Shown: piece by piece, positions 13,001 to 22,500 of the stretch | Position numbering within the stretch: position 1 is the first letter of the stretch | Layout: the number at the start of each line of letters is the position of its first letter | Assembly (NCBI GenBank): GCA_905178155.1 | Contig: CAJINV010000003.1 | Span: 8,786,179 to 8,850,178 of the forward strand | Direction: 5' to 3' | From: Amoebophrya sp. A120 | Taxonomy: Eukaryota > Protista > Dinoflagellata | Length of the DNA stretch: 64,000 bases | Program-made: the position numbers and the translations under genes | The notes under the pieces: model-generated | What the model saw: the letters and a program-made list of their open reading frames with translations, nothing else | Told to the model about the DNA's origin: nothing | Databases searched by the model: none

Positions 13001-14110
13001 GACGGACACACGATTCATCGTCATTCCCCGGGAGGTGTCGGAAATCCCGAAAAATTGCGACATATTTCCGTTTGCGTTCAGATCCATTTGTTGCTGGAGG
13101 CGCGCCAGATGGTCGTTGGAATTTTCTATGGTGGAGATCTGCAGCCGTACGTACTGGAGCGCATGAACCAAATGGTCCGCGAAAATGTTATTGGTCCGCA
13201 GAAAACGCTGCAAAAGCTCCCTTTCGGGGAGAGCGCCCGTTTTTGCCGAGACCGGCGAACTATCCGGTGGGGCAGGCTCTCCTGCTGATGCGGCGCTGCC
13301 AGTCGTATAATATTTCGGCTGATGTAGTCCAGTTGCAGTTGCAGAAGAGGTGAGTAAGTTTGAAAGGTCGACGATATTATCGTTGGGTCGCGTTGGAGAC
13401 GATGTGGTAGAGGCGGCGGCCGAAATGAAGTAGTCCACTCCCGAATTATTCGGGGCTGACGCTGTTGGAAAGTTACTCGCTGAGTAGTTGTTCGCGGAAA
13501 CATCCAGTGCTTCACCCTGATGATCCTGGGTGGCGTTCCACCTACCGGATTCACCAGGAGCCGGCAGTACAGAAGTGTAGTTGGTCACCCCCCCAGCATG
13601 TTGGAGATGGTCGGGGACGCCCGGCGCAGGTGCCAGAGAGGTCCTCTTCGGTCCAAACTCCAGTCCTAGCCTGTGCCCGTTCTCGAGAAAACCTTGGTGC
13701 CACTTTTCGCACTCGTCTGCGGTGCGGCACCGAATGAGAAAGTCGCGCCCGGCACAGCGGACGCGCAGCTCCCGGTCCGACAAACACACAACTTCCTGCA
13801 CGTCGCGCAAAGGAACGGCCCCGTCGGAGAACCGAAACTCCGTCGGAGTCAGCTCGAAATCCGTCGCCACCCAGGACAGGCCCTCCAAACGCCCGGCTAA
13901 GGATACCATAATGAGCTTTCTTCTTATACGACCAAGCCGGCCGCCGCGGTCTTCTTCTTTATTCTTGACGACCTCTGCGCACTTGATGCACGGCCGCGAC
14001 TGATCAGCCTAAGCCCGGTTCACGTAAAGAACGTCGTCGAGGTCGTCAAAGGCGCCACCAATGGCGTTTCGGTTGATGCCCTTGCTGCGTGGAACGAACG
14101 ACATGTGCAT
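4033..14110 (-). CDS. Soluble-type (ADCY10/sAC-like) adenylyl cyclase: N-terminal PH-like domain, two class III cyclase domains, P-loop region; at least 8 exons; 5' end uncertain (13909 or 14110)
   Basis: Motifs VLVFVDASGFTAMTE, GDIIKFSGDAVTIMF (after splicing), HIGVGYG, NKFVVDDKG, RAGVATG, REYTVLGDVVNLAARLM and Walker A GDPGTGK; PH-like end FLIRCRTADECEKWHQGF. Six TIR introns and one 3.06-kb GT-AG intron (6983-10038). Confidence 0.88.
4378..4698. mobile_element. TIR/DR introner (cyclase gene)
   Basis: TATGGAGAGAAAAAAAGGCTACAGT / TATCCAAAAAAAAAAGCTTTACATT; perfect DR AGCGC; joins PSSA-AEREKL in frame. Confidence 0.82.
5033..5193. mobile_element. TIR/DR introner (cyclase gene)
   Basis: TATGCACAGTGAATTTCC / TATGCAATGCAAATTTCC; DR CGGTG/CGCTA; joins NWEAV-ELKITK. 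Nearby GT-AG choices cause frameshifts. Confidence 0.78.
6461..6780. mobile_element. TIR/DR introner (cyclase gene)
   Basis: TATCCGATTGCACAA / TATGCGAGTGCACAA; perfect DR ATTTG; joins SVEF-GDTVVK in frame. Confidence 0.85.
7200..8970. repeat. GC-rich repetitive insertion in the 3-kb cyclase intron
   Basis: Duplicated ~50-bp GAACAGAGGGAGGGCGCCGGGG... (7893, 7975); clustered TTCCAGCTGGAA-type palindromes (8070-8340); 4-5 degenerate ~120-bp repeats containing GTTGCTGTGTTTAGCACAGCAATTCTGGCTACCCAG (8415-8960). Confidence 0.7.
9215..9780. repeat. Minisatellite: 18-bp unit CTACAAAATATTTCGGAC (~5x), then 17-bp unit GCAAAATATTTCGAGCC (~22x), then GCGTTG-type repeats; N at 9394
   Basis: Directly visible periodicity; the overlapping ORFs show matching 6-aa and 17-aa periods. 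Confidence 0.95.
10732..11030. mobile_element. TIR/DR introner (cyclase gene)
   Basis: TATGAGAGTCCACAATTTTTCCCTCCT / TATGAGGGTGCGTAGCTTTTCCTCTCCT; perfect DR GGCAC; joins VIGT-AQRREYTVLGD. Confidence 0.9.
11892..12168. mobile_element. TIR introner with degenerate DR (cyclase gene)
   Basis: TATCTTGAGGAAAAATCCC / TATCATGCGGAAAAATCTC; flanks TCCCA/AGTCG do not match, but element+5 removal gives TIMFP(I/V)DPEDD in frame. Confidence 0.8.
12216..12534. mobile_element. TIR/DR introner (cyclase gene)
   Basis: TACGAGAGCGCACCACTTGCC / TATGAGAGTGCAATACTGCC; DR GGACA/CGACA; restores GDIIKFSGDA. Confidence 0.9.
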
Positions 14111-15903
14111 GTGCTTTCATGAAAGTCATTGGGATGGCGCGACTTGTTCCGCTCGTCGCGCGCTCCTTTGATGTCGTGTGTAAGGATTAAATTCTTACAT
14201 GATCTCGCTCTCCCGCTGGAGGCAGCAGCACCATTGATGTTGATGCATCATATCGATAAGCAGGGAGAGTTGGGATTTCTGTAGCATTCAATTCAAAAAT
14301 CACGGTCACAATGTAGCTCTTGCCATGATATGATAGGTAATAGAGACAGAGGTACTACTGAGGATAAGTGCGTCATCTTAAGAGCTACTTCACGGTAATA
14401 CTGCGGGACCCGTTCGTTTCCTGCTGTGCAGCTACAAATAGAGTGACGCTTCGTTCTGTACCTTTCCGGCAGTTGGTCGATGAGAAACAGGTATTAGTAT
14501 TACAAGCACACAACATGATTCATTGTGAATAAATATACATGATTAGTTCGTATGTAGATGGGTAGTGCAGCCTTGGATCGTCATGGTTGTGGTTCCCTAT
14601 GTGTGACTGCGTTTGATGGTGGAAGTTTGTAGTCAGTAAAGATGAAAAATTATGTACTATTTATAGCTAGTCGTAGCTGTCACACGAGAACGAAAGGCCT
14701 TGCCACCGACCTTTTGACGTAGGGACAAATATCTCTGTGGCCAGCCACAGCTGACGGCGACAGACCGAACTGAGCGTGTACTATGTATGTGAGGCACGTC
14801 GGCACGATGAGATGAGGACGCAGTAGGTACTACGACATTACCAGCCAAGCTCTTCCCGATTCTACTTCATTGAAGTGAGGCACGAACGTCGAGATTCATA
14901 GCTTCCGAATCATCTGGACGAATATTTGTACGAAGCAAAAGTGCTAGTGCTCATCCTGTCCTGCACGATGGCCACCGATTTGGATGTGTAAAAGTACCAC
15001 GTGAAGACGAAGAGGCTTCTCCTAGGTATACAACATACACAGGACGAAAACCGAAATTTTCAATGATAGGGCGAAACCGAGGAGGTAGGCGGCACTTTCT
15101 CCAGATCGATAAATGCGAAACCGAAAATGACTATTATTCGGCACGGAAATAAATAACCGAGGATGGCGCACTTGTTATAATTAATTTGATTTGCAATGTA
15201 AGTAAAACATGTTGCGACTACTTGTAATATACCGACATTGCTAGTCAGGAGCTGCGTGCTGGAGGGGGGAGGGGCGGGAAGGAGGGCGTGCGATTTTTGT
15301 GTAAGTGCTTCTAGTTCTACAACTACGCAGCTATGTATCGATTAGCGTTGCTGGATCATATTGTCATGCTCGTGCTGTGCCACGACGAATCCTGCTCCTG
15401 CACGGAGTCCCGGTGGTCATGGTGACATGACTGCTCGCGACACTATCCATATGCGTTAGCGTATAGGAAAAATCAAAATGCAAACGCCGTAATCACAAAC
15501 GTGATGCTGAAGATCGATACAACTGAGTGACTCCGATGCCGATCCATTGCAACGAACGAGAAACTGAAACGTGCACTATCATAGCGATAGTGGCGCTTCC
15601 TATTTTCGTCGCCTCGTTCCTCTGTCCTTCTTCTTTATTCCAACACGAAGATCACGAGACTGCTCTTTCTATGGGTAGGCGCAGACAAAAACAAAGCGGC
15701 GTGCCGTATCAGGCTGCGAACACGGCAGGAGAGGGCGCACAGTATGCGCCGATCATCTTCTGCAGGTGCGGTATTAAGCTTAAGGTAGCGCCCACCATTT
15801 TTTCCTGTTTTTCCTCCTTGAACTTCGACAAGCGCGGGACTTTCCCTTGTCGGCGGACCCGTGGATGGTTCTTTTTCACAATCATGAATACAATGGAACT
15901 ACA

Positions 15904-15946
15904 AGATCGAACGGGGGCGGAGGTCCCGTTCATTACATGGGTACAA
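15904..15946 (+). repeat. 43-bp hairpin-containing repeat, identical to 19060-19102
   Basis: AGATCGAACGGGGGCGGAGGTCCCGTTCATTACATGGGTACAA; stem GAACGGG/CCCGTTC. Confidence 0.9.
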
Positions 15947-16210
15947 GAGAAGCTTTAAATTTAATTTTTAGGCAAAAGCACACCGCATTTGCCAAAGAGC
16001 GATTTCCTTTTTCTTTTTGAATCAATGGAACACGTTCCTCTATCCTATCGGTGAAGTCATAGCGCGGAGCAGAACCGACGGCGCACGACGGAAAAAGTGT
16101 GGTCGGAGTACGGTCTGGCAAGTAGTAAACTTAGTCACGCATAGATACGACCAAAAAAAAGCGTTCGCTTTTCTCCTTCCCCAGTAAAACTTCCTTCGGT
16201 AGCATTGATT

Positions 16211-18052
16211 TCAGGACTCTACTCGGTGGCATCGGTAAAGGAAAACAGTTCCGGATTCGGTCCATGACTGCGGAAGGTTCCAAATTTCCACAAGGGTTAG
16301 CACCATCGTACTCCGGGATTGGTCATTGGCCCCTCGCGCAGCTGGTGGATCCAGCGGCAGGGCCCGGAAGTCCTTGGCTTTTGGCATCTCCGATGCTGTA
16401 CCTGAGCTCTCGTATACTCTGCGTTTGCTGGGTAAGGCGGTTTCCGCTGCCCCATTTTGAACGTCACTACTACAAGAAGCGGCTTTATTATTCTTGGAAT
16501 ACACAGCTCTGTTAAGTCTCGCACGCATCCCGGCTAAAAAATCGTGCGCGCCTTCGCTTTCCCTAGACATAATGCCGGGGGTACTAGGAGTTGTTGCGCC
16601 GTCCTCGATCAAGCCACTTTCTTTACGCTTCGCCGAGCCGTTGCCTCCGCTTGTTGTTGTTGTTCTGCTTGCGGCTTCAGACTGTTGAGCAGGCGCCGCG
16701 TTGTTGCAACTGCTGCGCGACTGGCCTCCACAGTCTATTTTTTGTATGGATTCGCTTTTCCGCACTTCGTATTTACTCGCCGCGGCAATGCTTCGCGCAC
16801 GCTGCAGAGTGGCTGCGGAACCCTTCGAGAAGTAGGTCCTACTACTGTGTGGGCGTGCCGCAGTTGCCTGAGCCACGACACGCGGCGCAGCTGACAGCAG
16901 CACCATGCCATTCTCCGCACCGTCCCTTTCATCCGTACTGCTGGTATTTCTCTCACACGATTGTCCCTCCGGCAGACGACTTAGCGTGAGCAACCACCGC
17001 AAGCTTGTGGCTTCCCGCGATAGCTTCGCAAGCAGACTGAGTAGGAACTGGTCTGAAAACAGAGCCGAGGCACAGTAGATAACAGTGGCCGCACGCAAGT
17101 TTGCAGAATGCATGTCGACACATCGAAAGTCGACGCCGCCACTCAGCAGCCTGCGACTCATTCGGCGAAACACGTATGAGTTCTGCCGCTGCCAAAGGGC
17201 CGCACGCGATTCCGGCTCGACGTCTTTTGGTTTTGTCGCGCATCCAGCTGCATGATTGCTGTTCATTGCGAAACAGGTCGATGATTTTGCCGACCCTTCC
17301 TCTGGTCTTGTCGCGATTTTACGACACGGAGCTTGGGGATCCGCGTGTGGCATTACGACAGTCCATCTGCCGTCTATCAGGGCAACGTCGAAGTCAAAGT
17401 TTTGGGACTGCATGGCAGCGGACCGACGACAATGGTATGCTCCGAGACCTTTTTGCTGCAAAAAATTGGAATTGGTCGAAGGTCGTCCACCGAGCACCTG
17501 TACCCCACCAGCACAAAAACCGGCATCCAGCTGCGCATCGAGTGAAGAGAGCAACCCTGCAAGTGCCTGGCGTCCGGCGATTGCAGCGGCGTGTCGCGTT
17601 GGCCCCATCTCGACGCCGACAATAGATCCGACCTTCTGTGCCAGGAATGCCTGAAGACAGAACTTTCCTACCCCACTGCCCAAATCGAAAAACGTATCTT
17701 CTTGTGTCAACTCGAGCCGGCGGAGCAGCTTTGCGGCGGAGGCGAAGGGAATTTCGCCATAACCAGCGGCAGCACCCATTTTCCGCACCACCGAGACATC
17801 CTCAACGTGCCCCTGTAGCTGTTTCTCCTGACAATCGGGGAAGGCTTGCGCGAGTAGGTGCTTTGCCATGCTGTTCGAAAGGACATAACCATCTTGAATC
17901 TTCACTGCAGTCGAAGATTTATCATGTTGCGCACAGGCACCACCAATGATCGGTCTACCTTCCATGGGGGATGAAAAACGAACATCATCCTCGGCTCGAA
18001 TCAGAATCTCCTTGACAACCCTAACCATAGTGATCGAAATTTCTGCTTGCAC
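16211..18052 (-). CDS. Intronless DOT1-like (class I SAM-dependent) methyltransferase-domain protein; probable ATG start near 18028
   Basis: AGYGEI...LELTQEDTFFDLGSGVGKFCLQAFL...IVGVEMGPTRH and later ATVIYCASALFSDQFL match the DOT1-type fold; long low-complexity insertions. Confidence 0.75.
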   Translation of the reverse strand: MQAEISITMVRVVKEILIRAEDDVRFSSPMEGRPIIGGACAQHDKSSTAVKIQDGYVLSNSMAKHLLAQAFPDCQEKQLQGHVEDVSVVRKMGAAAGYGEIPFASAAKLLRRLELTQEDTFFDLGSGVGKFCLQAFLAQKVGSIVGVEMGPTRHAAAIAGRQALAGLLSSLDAQLDAGFCAGGVQVLGGRPSTNSNFLQQKGLGAYHCRRSAAMQSQNFDFDVALIDGRWTVVMPHADPQAPCRKIATRPEEGSAKSSTCFAMNSNHAAGCATKPKDVEPESRAALWQRQNSYVFRRMSRRLLSGGVDFRCVDMHSANLRAATVIYCASALFSDQFLLSLLAKLSREATSLRWLLTLSRLPEGQSCERNTSSTDERDGAENGMVLLSAAPRVVAQATAARPHSSRTYFSKGSAATLQRARSIAAASKYEVRKSESIQKIDCGGQSRSSCNNAAPAQQSEAASRTTTTSGGNGSAKRKESGLIEDGATTPSTPGIMSRESEGAHDFLAGMRARLNRAVYSKNNKAASCSSDVQNGAAETALPSKRRVYESSGTASEMPKAKDFRALPLDPPAARGANDQSRSTMVLTLVEIWNLPQSWTESGTVFLYRCHRVES

Positions 18053-18999
18053 AACCTTGCGAAATGCGAAGCCTCTTTTCTATACGAATGTGGAGTGGGA
18101 GTGTACCATTTTGGAAGGACCTGGAAAATACGAAAAATAAATGCAGATCTAGATTTGATTTTAATTTTAAACTAAAACTATTGCAAAAAAAAAGAAGAGA
18201 CTATCGAGTCGCAAAAAAAAAAAGAAGAGACACAAGATGACGAACATGAACTTCATAAGCGGATATCAACAAATTGAGTAATCAATGCACCACGATGACG
18301 AACATGCTTGAATCGACGTCGAATACCATATTAACGAGAGTACCTTCAGAACGACGATTGGGATTGCCTTGACGAGAGCACGAAAAAAGGTCGTGCAAGG
18401 GCTTTACACAAACGCATGGTCGGGCGAGCTTGAAGCACTGCCCTCGTTCTGCATAGAAATCCTGAACAGGGCTAATTGTCTGCACTGGATTGCATTGGGA
18501 GCCAGGCATCTCGAACGAGCACGAAAGACAAGCCCACGAAGACGAACGAGGAAGAAATATGGCCGAAATGCCAAATATAGCCGCCGTGGCGGGGGTAGTG
18601 AGGTCGGTGGCGCTTTCTTTCCCCGACCGTGGCCGCGGGCCGGCATGGTGCCTGCTTTTTATGGGACCGCCGTGCCGCAGTGGGTAAGGTTATGCCGCAC
18701 GGCATGGCGACCGGATAAAAATCATGGCAGATTTTTGGCAAATTTCCGGAAGTCCTGTCCGAAAGCCAGCCCCGATGCTATGGGGCCGATCCGGGCGCCA
18801 CGGGAGGCGCCCAAAAAGCGGAGGGAAACCGGGCCCGTAGCATGCGGATTGGCTTCGCGCATCTGGCGCGCTTTTTCTTTTTTGCGTTTCTATTTTTCGC
18901 GTCTGCGCTTTTTGCAAAGCTTCCCCCGATTAGAAACAGGCGAAAAAGCGGTCGCTCTCGCGGCCGCCCAGAATGCTCCGAAATCGCGGCCATGCCGTG

Positions 19000-19102
19000 C
19001 GGGGGTCCCGTTCATTACATGGGTACGGGGGCGGAGGTCCCGTTCATTACATGGGTACGAGATCGAACGGGGGCGGAGGTCCCGTTCATTACATGGGTAC
19101 AA
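19000..19102 (+). repeat. Three tandem copies of GGTCCCGTTCATTACATGGGTAC
   Basis: Directly visible; the last copy extends into the 43-bp match to 15904-15946. Confidence 0.9.
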
Positions 19103-19540
19103 ACGACCTCAAGAATGCCGCCCGGCAATCGCTCTACTTCGTGACCGCAATCGCCGAGCACCCGTGGGCATCGCGCCGCCCTCTAGCAACAGATATAAAA
19201 ATTACCTAGCAGATTGTTCGTGGGCCTCCGCCTGAGTGGTACAACACCAACACGACGTCGCCTCGAATAAGTTCATTATTTTTGCTTCGCAATTCCAAGC
19301 CTACGACGCATGCATATCAAAATCAAATGGAAAATCAGAATGTTCTTGAGCTCCTTTGGCTTCTGGATGTTGAGCTCCAAGAAAATGAAAATGATGGCTG
19401 AAAATAGGTCTGGTGACGTACGTTATTCTTCACTCAAAACCATCATCCTAATGTCAAGCTCGTGAGCGTGATGATCATGATCATGTATGTTCGGGCTATT
19501 TCGTTCTCAAAAGGTCAGACGAGTAATGTATGATATATCC

Positions 19541-22500
19541 TTACTCCCACTCTATCGTCGCGGGCGGCTTCGAACTACAGTCGTAGCAAACACGATTAAT
19601 ATATTCACTGCAAACATGTCTGAGTCTGGGACAAGACTGCAACAACATGATCATCACAGGTTTTATTGTGGCAGCTTTTCCAGCATGCCTCTCCCGCATG
19701 AGGCGTGCGCTCTTTGGCGGGAAGCGCATCATCACGAACATCGGGACGTTTGTGAACCTTATCGCCATCACGTTGGTAAGCGATGGACAATCATCTGCCG
19801 TCGACCAACGGGAAAAACTGTGCCTATACATCTGCCGGTTGCGGAGCAGCGCAGTTTTTTACTGTAAAAGCAAAAACAACACGCGTCAAAACTTTGGCTT
19901 GTCCTTGCAGACTCAGACATACTTGCCATGCATACAACCCCGCGCACCTCATTGATGATTCGGTTGCTGATGCGAGCCAGAAGCTTCCAATCGATGGGAT
20001 ACCAGTCGGCTGTCATGAAGTCGGAAGATTGTACCTGAAAATGATGAAAATACTATATCAGCCTTTTTTATAAGGGGGGCAGTTTCCGCAGCGCGGGGGT
20101 CTGCGGGGGTCCTTTTTGATTCGCGTTTTGCATTCGAGAACTTTTTTGCAGAACTTGCAGCCAATCACGACGGTATTCTTGATTCTGTCAGTTTTTAGCT
20201 CATAGCAGCATGCGGATTGAACGCAGACCCGATGGTATGACGACGTCACTGCTGGCACGACTATTGCGAATTGAAATTGCTAAACCATGCAAAACGCCGG
20301 AGCGCCGCCTGAAGTGCCACGATGCTAGACATGAAAACGCAGCACAGCGAAGCGTCAACCCGGCCCGCCCGTACTTTTACCCCGCCCGGGGAGGCGGCGA
20401 GGGCTGCTATAGTCCTCTGAACACACGCGCGCCTGGATCCAGAAAAAACACCAATGTGAAAAAGTTGCTGTGTACTTACTTCGATTTTTCACTTATACTT
20501 TTTGTACAGGATCATGATCTTACTCTAACACTTTTTCCTTGACACAAATACGAAAGTGTGATCTTGTCATGCTGTTTCGAAGAGTAAAACTGTGCAAAAA
20601 GTTGCTACGGACGGCTGATAGCTGACGAGAGACTTTTGGTGGTCTGTGCTGGCTCTCACAGTGGTGCGCTCGGTGTAAAACCAAAAAACTATAAAGTGAC
20701 TAGATGGCAGCGCTTGCAAGTGTAAACTTGTGGCCTTGCGTAACAGTTGATCTCATTTTTCAGTCATCAGTTTGTAATGCTACTTTGTCGCTTTTTCTAA
20801 AAACATGCCGACTTTCATCTTTGTGTTATCAAATTTTTATTGTCCACGAAATGGCCATGAGACTTCGACTTGGAATAACTGCGGCATTGGAAAAAGAAGC
20901 TACTGCTTGGACTGTCGCACTGGAAAACGAAAGTCAGTCTTTCTATTCGAATTTGGTGAGCTTTGTTTTTCTCTTTTTGATCCAGATTCTTGCACATTAA
21001 ATTTTCTATGCTATGGCCCGGGTTACTTATGTAAATGCGATTTTGTGTGTGTTGTGTGTTGTACTTGAATTCATGAATGCTGATTGTACAGTGTTACTAT
21101 TCCATTTCTCATACTGTTTTTATATATAAAAGCGGGAGTGGCGGGAGGGCTGCTCTACTTACATACAGTATTAGCGCTGAGGGTTCTAATTCTAGTAAAT
21201 AAATATAACGCGGGAAATGAATCTAAAGTAGTACTAGTAGTAATTAACAACAGGGGGATCTACGTAGGAGTTAGTAGTAGTAGTAGTAAAGCAACAAACT
21301 GAACTCGGTGAAAGCTGTGCATTAGAAACTTCGGCGCGGGGAGAGTATTGAGGGGTAGAAGAATACACCGCTCGCAACGACCATAGGGCGCCTGGAGGCA
21401 ACGATCAGAGAGCAAGGATCAACACCGAAGCAACAGGCATAGAGCATTTTACTTTTGTGAAAAAATGCTTTCTATTTCCCAAAAAAAATCCCCGACGATG
21501 AAGACATACGAGCGCGGCAATAGTCTTTCTTGAAGAGCTTGGCTCGACACGAAGAACGACTACACGACTTGAAGAAAAAAAAGGAGTTACTCTTTAACAA
21601 ACAAGATACCATCCAGCGCTGGCGGTGTCGAAAATCGTTAAAGAATAAACCAAAATGATGAAAGACGAAAGCGACAGAGTATCTTCTTTGCTAGAGTCAC
21701 TGTGGTCTTTTACGACTTCAAAAAAACAGAAAAGAGCTGCACCGAACTGAGGTAGGCGACACTATACCGGAACTTGAGACTTATTTTTGAAAATTCCATA
21801 CAAATCTCTTTTAGCCGATATCTCCGAACAATCGTAGAAAACACTTGCTTCCCGCAAGTTAATACTTCTGCTCCCGCCCTTCTTGGCGTCCTCTTATTGC
21901 TTTCACACTATAGAGGTAACAAAAAACAAAATTCCTGTTTTCTCGTCGAGGCAGCAATTGGCTTCGGTTCAGGGTTCTTCTCGGTGTGAAGTTTTCGTGT
22001 GCTTTTCTGTGGTAATTTGTAATGCATTTTGTACGTAGTGCGACGAATAGAAATATTGGTCTGACTACGAATTGTTTTTATCCCAATGAGCGAGAACTTT
22101 GCTCTTTCTGACGCTAGCGAGCTGCTACATACGAGAAATCCAAAAAAGTTTTTCTACGAGATGGAGCTGACGTAGCTACGACCCCAAAAACAGAACAGCA
22201 GCATCTTTTCCACTTTCACAAATGGATACAGTCGCTGCGTATCTGTGGATCGGGGAAGTAAAATTTCTGTACACATCCTATCCAAGTAGGTGAGTCGAAA
22301 GTTGTAAATTCTGAAGTTGTTTGTGTTAAATCCAGAAGTAAGCAGTCTAGTATTGTAAAATCTGAAATTCTAATTTGTGGCGGACCTCTGTTGCAATTGA
22401 AATTGTAAAAAGTCAAAACTGTAAAGCGCTTACCGGTTGTTCTATTTTCCACGTACTGCTATTTTGAAGTTGACAGCTGGTTATTTTTCAAGAACTGGAG

